From: Halorutilales archaeon Cl-col2-1
GTDB taxonomy: Archaea > Halobacteriota > Halobacteria > Halobacteriales > Afararchaeaceae
Direction: 5' to 3'
Assembly: GCA_041891055.1 (NCBI GenBank)
Contig: CP169074.1
Span: 768,001 to 832,000 of the forward strand
Length of the DNA: 64,000 bases
Shown: piece after piece, positions 36,847 through 44,475 of the stretch
Numbering within the stretch: position 1 is the stretch's first letter
Layout of the letters: the number at the start of each line of letters is the position of its first letter
Notes under the pieces: generated by a model
What the model was told of the DNA's origin: nothing
Seen by the model: the letters and a program-made list of their open reading frames with translations, nothing else
Database searches by the model: none
Translations under genes and position numbers: made by a program

Positions 36847-37248
36847 ATGGCAGAACTAGAGAAGCACGCCTGGGACATGGCAGAAGAAGCCGATGAGAAC
36901 GTCGAGACAGTCTCTTTCGATGAGATGAAGGAAGAGGTCGAAGACGAAGACACGCTATTAGTCGACCTACGTGACGTACGTGAGATATGGAGAGACGGAA
37001 CCATCCCCGGCTCGAAGAACGTGCCGAGAGGGATGTTGGAGTTCTGGGCAGACCCAGAGACGGAGTACTACAAGGAGTTCTTCGATCCGGATAAACGTAC
37101 AGTCCTCTTCTGCAACAAGGGCGGACGGTCGGCTCTCTCGACCAATAAGCTTCAGGAGATGGGATTCGACGACGTCGCCCATCTCGACGGAGGATTCTCC
37201 AACTGGAAGGAGTCGGGAGGAGAGGTCGAGGAAGTCGACCCCGAGTAG
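36847..37248 (+). CDS. Rhodanese-like sulfurtransferase
   Basis: LVDLRD..E, PRGMLEF, active-site FCNKGGRSAL and L.GGF..W. Confidence 0.9.
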   Translation: MAELEKHAWDMAEEADENVETVSFDEMKEEVEDEDTLLVDLRDVREIWRDGTIPGSKNVPRGMLEFWADPETEYYKEFFDPDKRTVLFCNKGGRSALSTNKLQEMGFDDVAHLDGGFSNWKESGGEVEEVDPE

Positions 37249-37251
37249 TAA

Positions 37252-38343
37252 TCAGTCGATCTCAATTACCTCGTCGTTCACGCCTTTCTCCGACGAGGAT
37301 ATTCCCCCGAAAAGGACAGTACTCGTAGTTCCAATGCCTATTGAGACTACGAACAGGACGACGAGATAGACGGTCGAAACGTTTCCGAGGAGAAACTCGC
37401 TTATTCCGCGTAAGACGAGTGCTATGCTGACTATGTAGAAGGGCGCGTTCATGAATCTCCACGGATACTCGTCGCTTTCTATGTACTCGTCGAGTATCCT
37501 TCCGACGCTCGACACTATTCCGCCGAATGTGAGCCAGAGAATCGATCCACGTATGAATACCATGACCATCGGAAGAAGACCCTCAACGACCTCGGAGCTA
37601 GAGGAGCTGTAAGAGTCGACCGAGTTAAAGCCGCTCGCTATTCCTATGAGGAGGAGACCCCCCGCGACGAGGTAGGTTATGAGACTGACGTTGCCACTGT
37701 AAATACCTCTCTGTACTCTCTCGGTTAGGATTTCTGCCTTGTCGCCGAGTCCGACACCTCTTATAAGTAGGTATATACCGAGGAGACCGCTTGTGACTCC
37801 GACGGCGACACCGGGATACCCGAGACTCCCGGCGATTAGATTGAGTGGATATATCATCAGAAGTAGACCTATAGGGACGAGTATAGTACCCCGGGTCTCG
37901 GGGTCGCGGAGAAGCTGTTTAGTTATGTAGTATGCGTTTTCGAGGTTCTGAGCCTGTCTGACTATAGTTCTGCTCACGCCGTCTATCTTGAGTCTCGACT
38001 GTATCAGAGGAATTATGGTCTCATCCTCGGCGCCGTCTGTGACGACAACCGCGGAGTCGGCGTCTATGTGCTCCAGAACCTCGTCTATCTGCTGGGCGAC
38101 CGCGCGGTCGGAGTCGACACGTGACTCTCCGCTACCCGTGACGACGACTATCTCAGCCTCGCCCTCCTCATTGTCGTAGATACGCATAGCCTCGAAGAGA
38201 GCGTTGAGGTCGGAGTCCTCGGGGTCGGCAGTTCCGAACTCGAGTGCGACCTCCTCGGCACGGTCGCGTCCGATGACAGGCGTCTCAATCCCCGTCTTCC
38301 TGCCTATATCGTCGTCCCTGTCAACACAGATGATCAGGAGCAT
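37252..38343 (-). CDS. DUF373 family membrane protein
   Basis: LIICVDRDDDIG.K.G..TPVIGR, DPEDSD.N and DGAEDE motifs; C-terminal TMs. Confidence 0.9.
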   Translation of the reverse strand: MLLIICVDRDDDIGRKTGIETPVIGRDRAEEVALEFGTADPEDSDLNALFEAMRIYDNEEGEAEIVVVTGSGESRVDSDRAVAQQIDEVLEHIDADSAVVVTDGAEDETIIPLIQSRLKIDGVSRTIVRQAQNLENAYYITKQLLRDPETRGTILVPIGLLLMIYPLNLIAGSLGYPGVAVGVTSGLLGIYLLIRGVGLGDKAEILTERVQRGIYSGNVSLITYLVAGGLLLIGIASGFNSVDSYSSSSSEVVEGLLPMVMVFIRGSILWLTFGGIVSSVGRILDEYIESDEYPWRFMNAPFYIVSIALVLRGISEFLLGNVSTVYLVVLFVVSIGIGTTSTVLFGGISSSEKGVNDEVIEID

Positions 38344-38399
38344 CTAAGTCGTAATCCGGACTGTTACTACAAAAGGATTATCTATAATACAGCTGACAG

Positions 38400-38981
38400 T
38401 TAGCACGACGGTAGGCGGCTTAGGAGCATGCCGTCACACTGGAGATGGCTTCCGAAGCCGATGACGAAGCCGAGAGCCGCCGCCCCGCCGAGAGCTACCG
38501 CATCCAACCCGGGTGCTACTTCGGGGACGACAGTTGAGACACCGGCTCCGACTACGAGTGCGACTGAGGCTCCCGCCGGAAACGTATGTGTGACACCTCT
38601 GTGTCTCGGGCGGAAGAAAGCGACCGAGTACGAGGCTACTGCTCCTACGACTAGAGACGAGACTGTACCGACAACGGCTGTGAATAAGATGGGGGAGACG
38701 TCGACGAAAGGTGTATTGAGGCTCCGCGCCTCGGCTAAGAACAGGTAGGCTGTGATCCCTGAGGAGACGACGAAGACGCCTTTCTTGAGATACCTGTGTG
38801 GCTTCGCCGAGTGGTGGTCTATGTCGGGAAAGCCCGCTCCGACGAAGGTAAGCGGGAGTGCCACGCCGAGTTCAACGGCGGGGACTGGCTCACCGATGTA
38901 AGATGCGATCCCTGTTAAACATACACATAAGAAGACGTATGACACTCCGCCCCACCTCATGTGATCCTCGAAGCTTCCCAT
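38400..38981 (-). CDS. Membrane metal-dependent hydrolase (YdjM-like)
   Basis: H near the N-terminus, FPDIDH, HRGVTH and SHLQCD; corresponds to the C-terminal 193 aa of listed ORF 38400..39920. Confidence 0.85.
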   Translation of the reverse strand: MGSFEDHMRWGGVSYVFLCVCLTGIASYIGEPVPAVELGVALPLTFVGAGFPDIDHHSAKPHRYLKKGVFVVSSGITAYLFLAEARSLNTPFVDVSPILFTAVVGTVSSLVVGAVASYSVAFFRPRHRGVTHTFPAGASVALVVGAGVSTVVPEVAPGLDAVALGGAAALGFVIGFGSHLQCDGMLLSRLPSC

Positions 38982-39045
38982 CGCCTTACAGTGTTCTTCC
39001 GTCGGTAAAAATCTGTCCCAAGACTCGGCTGAGGCACGGAGAGTA

Positions 39046-39070
39046 AGTTTTTTATAGAACCACAAACAAA
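39046..39070 (+). promoter_or_regulatory. Thermosome promoter (TATA box TTTATA with downstream CAAA)
   Basis: agttttttatagaaccacaaacaaa lies about 30 nt upstream of the ATG. Confidence 0.55.
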
Positions 39071-39084
39071 CTTGAATCTGAAAC

Positions 39085-40743
39085 ATGTCGATGGGAAACC
39101 AGCCAGTCCTCGTTCTGAGCGAGGAGTCTGAGAGAACACAGGGTAAGGATGCACAGAGCTCGAACATCAGCGCAGGCAAGGCGGTAGCCGAGTCGGTACG
39201 TACGACACTGGGTCCGAAGGGAATGGACAAGATGCTCGTCGACAACCTCGGCGATGTCGTGATTACGAACGACGGTGTGACTATTCTCGACGAGATGGAC
39301 ATCGAACATCCCGCAGCGAAGATGATCGTCGAGGTCGCCAACACACAGGAAGACGAGACTGGCGACGGAACCACATCCGCGGTCGTCATCACCGGAGAGC
39401 TCCTCAAGCAGGCTGAGGATCTCCTCGACCAGGACGTACATCCCACGACGATTGCGGCGGGATACAGGGACGCAGTCTCGAAGGGTCGTGAGATCCTCTC
39501 CGAGAAGGCGACCGACGTAACCCCCGACGACACAGAGACACTCCTCAAGATAGCCCAGACAGCGATGACGGGCAAGGGTGCCGAGACCGCGAAGGACACT
39601 CTCGGTGGGCTCGTAGTCGACGCGGTACAGGCTGTCGAGGAGGACGGAGAGATAGACCTCGACAACATCAAGATAGAGACCGTAGTCGGCGGAGGAACCG
39701 AGGACTCCGAACTCGTCGAGGGAATGATAGTCGACAAGAGCCGTGTCCACTCGAACATGCCGGGCAAGGTCGGGGACGCGAGGATAGCCCTCGTCGACTC
39801 CGCGATAGAGGTACAGGAGACAGAGGTCGACACCGAGATCAACGTCCAGAGCCCCGACCAGCTCCAGAACTTCCTCGACGAAGAGGAGAAGATGCTGAAG
39901 GAGATGGTCGACAGCATCAAGGAGACGGGCGCGAACGTTGTCTTCTGTCAGAAGGGTATCGACGACATGGCGCAGCACTACCTCGCGAAGGAGGGCATAC
40001 TCGCAGTCCGCCGTGCGAAGTCGAGTGACATGGACAAGCTCGCACGCGCGACGGGAGCGACCGTAGTCTCGAACGTCAACGAGATAGAGGAAGACGACCT
40101 TGGAAACGCCGGAACCGTCGAGGAGCGCAACATAGGCGGCGACGACATGATCTTCGTCGAGGACTGTGAGAACCCCCAGAGTGTCTCGATGATACTCCGC
40201 GGCGGAACCGAGCACGTCGTCGACGAAGTTGAGCGCGCAGTAGACGACAGCCTCGGAGTCGTACGTGTCACGGTCGAGGAAGGTAAGGTCGTCCCCGGAG
40301 GCGGCGCTCCCGAGGTCGAGCTTGCGATGGAGCTCCGTGACTACGCCGACTCGGTCGGTGGAAGGGAACAGCTCGCAGTCGAGGCATTCGCCGACGCTCT
40401 CGAAGTCATACCCCACACTCTCGCCGAGAACGCGGGTCTCGACCCCATAGACTCGATAGTCGACCTCCGAAGCGAGCACGACGCGGGCAACTTCAGCTCG
40501 GGTCTTGATGCCTACACGGGCGACATCGCTGACATGGAGGAGAAGGGAGTCGTAGAGCCCCTGCGTGTCAAGACACAGGCTCTCGAATCCGCTACCGAAG
40601 CCGCTGTCATGATACTCCGCATCGACGACGTCATCTCGGGCGGAGAAGCCAGCGGCGGAGACGAGGAGATGCCCGGAGGAGCCGGCGGCGGAGCCGGCGG
40701 AATGGGCGGAATGGGCGGCGGCGGAATGGGCGGCATGATGTAA
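39085..40743 (+). CDS. thsA: Thermosome (group II chaperonin) subunit
   Basis: [40 protein letters not shown] and GGM tail. Confidence 0.95.
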   Translation: MSMGNQPVLVLSEESERTQGKDAQSSNISAGKAVAESVRTTLGPKGMDKMLVDNLGDVVITNDGVTILDEMDIEHPAAKMIVEVANTQEDETGDGTTSAVVITGELLKQAEDLLDQDVHPTTIAAGYRDAVSKGREILSEKATDVTPDDTETLLKIAQTAMTGKGAETAKDTLGGLVVDAVQAVEEDGEIDLDNIKIETVVGGGTEDSELVEGMIVDKSRVHSNMPGKVGDARIALVDSAIEVQETEVDTEINVQSPDQLQNFLDEEEKMLKEMVDSIKETGANVVFCQKGIDDMAQHYLAKEGILAVRRAKSSDMDKLARATGATVVSNVNEIEEDDLGNAGTVEERNIGGDDMIFVEDCENPQSVSMILRGGTEHVVDEVERAVDDSLGVVRVTVEEGKVVPGGGAPEVELAMELRDYADSVGGREQLAVEAFADALEVIPHTLAENAGLDPIDSIVDLRSEHDAGNFSSGLDAYTGDIADMEEKGVVEPLRVKTQALESATEAAVMILRIDDVISGGEASGGDEEMPGGAGGGAGGMGGMGGGGMGGMM

Positions 40744-40777
40744 AGCCGACCACGCCGAGCAACTAACTTAACCCGAC

Positions 40778-40801
40778 TTTTCTGGTTCGTTTTTCTTTAT
40801 T
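40778..40801 (+). terminator. Oligo-T terminator of the thermosome gene
   Basis: ttttctggttcgtttttctttatt directly downstream of the stop codon. Confidence 0.55.
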
Positions 40802-40841
40802 GCCCCCAGAAGGATTTTAAGTCTGCCCGTTATCCAAAAGA

Positions 40842-41555
40842 GTGATGAGTAGATCTCGTTCGTCTCAGAAGCATCTGAGTAGTCCCGTGAGTAGCCCCGA
40901 CCACGAGAGGGTGACCCTCGAAGAGGCAGTCGAGACCTACAAGATCTGGTCCAACACCTCGGGAGCCTACCTCGAAACAGACAATACGAGTCTGACCCAC
41001 AGGGGATTCGAGGATCTTCTGGGGAAGGTAAGGGAGTCCGGAATCGAGATCAGCACAGTTTCTCTCTCCCGTCTCGTCGAGAGGTTCACGAGCCTCGAGT
41101 CCCACATACTCAACGACGACGAGGTCAGGAATCTCCTGAGAAGATACCCCAACGTCGTCCTCGGCTCGGGTCTCGAAGGTGACTGTGGTGACACCGACTG
41201 GAAACACCTCGGTATCGGGGGGATAGACGACTCTGTGAGTCTCCTCCTCAAGTCAGAGCCACACGGAGAGTCCGAACACGGCTGTCTCATGGTCGTCGAG
41301 ACGGCTGTGGGGGACGATACCGACGTCGAGACCGCAGTCGGAAAGCTCGCGTACGAGCACGAGAGGATATCAGACATAGCACCCGAGAGAGAAGTTCACG
41401 ACTGTCTCGTGACACTCGAAACCGACGAGTACCTCGAATCCGCGGCTGACAGGCTCGGAATACACGTGCTCGAACTCGGACCCTCGTCGTTGATAGAGTA
41501 CTTAGAGTCGTCGGCTGAGTGGGGCAACCTCAGAGGTCTGACTCTGAGCCCGTGA
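40842..41555 (+). CDS. Hypothetical protein, degenerate NucS/PD-(D/E)XK-like C-terminal domain
   Basis: VSLLL...LMVVET...AVGKL.YE...CLV pattern resembles DLL...VVELK...AVGQL..Y. Confidence 0.45.
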   Translation: MMSRSRSSQKHLSSPVSSPDHERVTLEEAVETYKIWSNTSGAYLETDNTSLTHRGFEDLLGKVRESGIEISTVSLSRLVERFTSLESHILNDDEVRNLLRRYPNVVLGSGLEGDCGDTDWKHLGIGGIDDSVSLLLKSEPHGESEHGCLMVVETAVGDDTDVETAVGKLAYEHERISDIAPEREVHDCLVTLETDEYLESAADRLGIHVLELGPSSLIEYLESSAEWGNLRGLTLSP

Positions 41556-41607
41556 GGACGACAAGTAGTTTCACCAGATTCTTGACTCCTCCCGTCTAAC
41601 TCGCGCC

Positions 41608-42642
41608 ATGGCAGAGTTCATACTCTACGGAGGAAAAGGCGGCGTCGGAAAGACGACGTGTGCCGCGGCTACGGCGCTCAAGCTTTCAAGACAGGGCGAG
41701 AGGACGCTCGTCGTGAGCACAGACCCCGCACACTCTCTCTCAGATGTCTTCGAAACCGAGGTTCCGAGCCGACCCGAGGAGATACTCGACAACCTCTGGG
41801 CTGTCGAGATAGATCCCGAGGAGGCGATGAGCGAGTACCGTGAGAAGATCGAAGGGGGTATGCTACCCGACGAAGGACGTGAAGGCGAGGACTGGGAGAA
41901 AGATATGGGTGCCGGCACAGAAGCAGGAGAAGGCACGGGTGCGGGCGCAGGCATGGGAGGAGGTCTCGGCGGCTTAGGAGGTATGGGAGGCATGGAAGGT
42001 CTCGGAGACCTCCTCGGAGGCGAGGAGATGATGGGTCCCGGAAGTGACGAAGCGGCGGCGATGGACAAGTTCATGGAGTACATGGACTCCGAGAAATGGG
42101 ACAAGATAGTCTTCGACACCGCACCGACGGGACACACACTGCGTCTACTCAAGCTTCCCGAGATAATGGACTCGATGGTCGGGAAGGTCATGAAGGTCAG
42201 GTCACAGTTCCAGGGCTTCATGGACTCGGTAAAGGGGATGTTCGGTGGCGACGACGAGCCCGAGACAGCCGACTTCGGAGACTTAGACGAGCTAAAGGAC
42301 AGGATAGAACGCGTCCGTACTATGCTGCGTGACCCCGATAAGACCGACTTCCGTGTCGTTATGATACCCGAGAAGATGGCGGTTCTCGAAACACAGAGAC
42401 TCATAGAACGTCTTTCGAGGTTCGAGATTCCGGTCAGAACTGTCGTGATAAACAAGGTGATGGAGAACATAAACGACGACTGTGACTTCTGCAGATCAAG
42501 GTGGGAGGTACAGGAGTCGAACATAGACAAGGCGAACGAGATGTTCCGCGACCTCGAAATACAGTACGTCCCCCTGCTTGAGGACGAAGTACAGGGGATA
42601 GAGTCGCTCGAAACGGTCGCAGAAGAGATAGAGGTTGACTAA
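41608..42642 (+). CDS. ArsA/Get3 (TRC40) family ATPase
   Basis: GGKGGVGKTT, STDPAHSLSD, DTAPTGHTLRLL, CDFC motif and Met/Gly-rich insert. Confidence 0.92.
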   Translation: MAEFILYGGKGGVGKTTCAAATALKLSRQGERTLVVSTDPAHSLSDVFETEVPSRPEEILDNLWAVEIDPEEAMSEYREKIEGGMLPDEGREGEDWEKDMGAGTEAGEGTGAGAGMGGGLGGLGGMGGMEGLGDLLGGEEMMGPGSDEAAAMDKFMEYMDSEKWDKIVFDTAPTGHTLRLLKLPEIMDSMVGKVMKVRSQFQGFMDSVKGMFGGDDEPETADFGDLDELKDRIERVRTMLRDPDKTDFRVVMIPEKMAVLETQRLIERLSRFEIPVRTVVINKVMENINDDCDFCRSRWEVQESNIDKANEMFRDLEIQYVPLLEDEVQGIESLETVAEEIEVD

Positions 42643-43066
42643 CGAGACAGAGATGGAGACCTGGGTCGCTGTGGGTGCCGTGGTCAGAAACCCCGACGGC
42701 GAAGTTCTACTCGTCAAACACGTCTCCGAGAAGGACGGCTTCTGGTCGGACGAATGGATCTGTCCCGGAGGTGGTCTCGAAGACGGAGAAAAGCTTGAGG
42801 ACGGAGCGAGGAGAGAGGTGCGTGAGGAGACAAGTCTGGAGATCGAGATTCAAAATCAGATACCGGCTTTCTCACGCGTCTTAGACGACGAGGAGAGACA
42901 CGTCGTCTACGTCGACTTCAAGGCAAAAAAGGCAGAGACGAGCCCCGACGCGACACCGGGTTCGGACGTCGGAACCGTCGAGTGGTTCAGCCCCGACGAG
43001 ATAGACGAACTCGAAGACCTCCACGACGACACTCGTAGGCTTCTGGATCTCGCGGAGATTCTTTAG
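42635..43066 (+). CDS. NUDIX hydrolase
   Basis: PGGGLEDGEKLEDGARREVREET; start may be the ATG at 42653. Confidence 0.9.
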   Translation: MTNETEMETWVAVGAVVRNPDGEVLLVKHVSEKDGFWSDEWICPGGGLEDGEKLEDGARREVREETSLEIEIQNQIPAFSRVLDDEERHVVYVDFKAKKAETSPDATPGSDVGTVEWFSPDEIDELEDLHDDTRRLLDLAEIL

Positions 43067-44436
43067 AAGTTCGAGAGTGTGCTCTGGCTCGATCCCTCGT
43101 CGTCTTCGTCCTCACTCTCGTCCCCGCCCTCGCTTTCTTCCCCGGATTCATCTTCGTCGGTTCGGTTCTCGACGTTTTCCTCTACGACATCGGGCTCCTC
43201 GGCTCTCTCGGCTATCTCCTCCGCCTTCTTCTCCGATCCTACTACGAACTCGATTTCGTCCTGGGTGAGGTCGAGTTCGGACGCCATCTCAGCCGCTGTC
43301 GGGACGTCCTCGAATATACGTCTCAGGTATGGCACGAAGCTGCGACCAGACGACATACTAACTGTCGACGACTCGCCGATCTTACGCGCGAGTGAGTCAC
43401 GTGTCTCACGTTTCTTACGTGTCCTCCCGAGACGCGAGAAGGTCGATGGCGGCGAGTAACGTGTCCATCCGCCTTTCTTCTCTTTCTTCGAGGTGTTGAC
43501 TCCTCCCACCATGAGGTCGTTGGCGTACTTCCAGAGAGAGTAGTTCTGTGTCGCAACTGTCCGTCCGAGGTAGATGTCGGCGCGCGCGAGGTTTCGGTAT
43601 CCCTCGGCAATCTCGTCGCCCTCATACGCCTTAGGCAGGTTCTCGTCTATCCAGTGTACGAGGTCGTCGGGGCTCTCGTCGACGTCCCTCGCCTGTCTCA
43701 TCGCCTTACGGAGGTCGTCTCCCTGAAAGACGGTGTCGAGGAACTCGAATATGTCCTCCGTTGTGTCTCTCGACCCCGCTGTGACGTCTTCCTCGCTTAA
43801 GATGTCACGTCCCTCCGCGACAGCCTGAAGATCGTTTATGGCTCCTCGGAGATCGCCCGAGTTGGCATTGGCTATCTTCTTGAGAGCCGCTTTGTCGTAC
43901 TCTATACCCTCTTTCTTACAGATGTCGCGCAGGACGGGTACTATAGACCGCGACGATACGTCTCGGAACTCGACCTTCTCACAGTAGTTCCTGAGACTCC
44001 GGCTCATCTCGTAGAGGTCGTTGGCTATCAGGACGACGGGCTGTCTCGACGACTTGACGACGTCGGTAACCGCACCCGAGCCTCCCCTGTCTGCGTTTCC
44101 GTGTAAGTTGTCCGCCTCGTCGAGTATTATGAGACGTTTTCCGTTTTGATCCCGCGAAGCCGAGAGGCTCCTCGACTTAGACGCCTCTCCCGCGACGCGT
44201 TCTATCACGCTTGAGGTTCTCTGGTCGCTCGCGTTTAGTTCGGTGACCTCCCATCCCCTGTCGTTGGCGAGGGCGTGAGCCGAGCTCGTCTTTCCAACAC
44301 CCGGCTCGCCGTGGAGTATAGCGGGCTTACGGTGGTCGTCCCACGTCTCCGCCCAGTCCTTTAGCTCCTTCACCGACTTGTTGTTCCCCCTGACGTCGCT
44401 CAACGACTCGGGTCTGTACTTCTCGGTCCACTCCAT
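43063..44436 (-). CDS. rfcL: Replication factor C large subunit
   Basis: WTEKYRP, GEPGVGKT, ELNASD.R, LDEAD, GDLRGAINDLQ and C-terminal PIP box QSTLSNF. Confidence 0.95.
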   Translation of the reverse strand: MEWTEKYRPESLSDVRGNNKSVKELKDWAETWDDHRKPAILHGEPGVGKTSSAHALANDRGWEVTELNASDQRTSSVIERVAGEASKSRSLSASRDQNGKRLIILDEADNLHGNADRGGSGAVTDVVKSSRQPVVLIANDLYEMSRSLRNYCEKVEFRDVSSRSIVPVLRDICKKEGIEYDKAALKKIANANSGDLRGAINDLQAVAEGRDILSEEDVTAGSRDTTEDIFEFLDTVFQGDDLRKAMRQARDVDESPDDLVHWIDENLPKAYEGDEIAEGYRNLARADIYLGRTVATQNYSLWKYANDLMVGGVNTSKKEKKGGWTRYSPPSTFSRLGRTRKKRETRDSLARKIGESSTVSMSSGRSFVPYLRRIFEDVPTAAEMASELDLTQDEIEFVVGSEKKAEEIAERAEEPDVVEENVENRTDEDESGEESEGGDESEDEDDEGSSQSTLSNF

Positions 44437-44475
44437 CGGAGGAAGATACGTTCTTTGTCCTAATATATCGGTCGT

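Noticed and set aside
38982-40479. Long antisense ORFs (39052..40479 and the 5' part of 38400..39920) opposite the thermosome
   Set aside because: Shadow frames produced by GAC/GAG/GTC-rich codon usage. The translations are Ser-rich or Val/Leu-rich with no motifs. Only 38400..38981 is a real gene.
40670-40743. GGCGGAATG-type tandem repeats
   Set aside because: They encode the normal GGM tail of chaperonins; not CRISPR or a mobile repeat.
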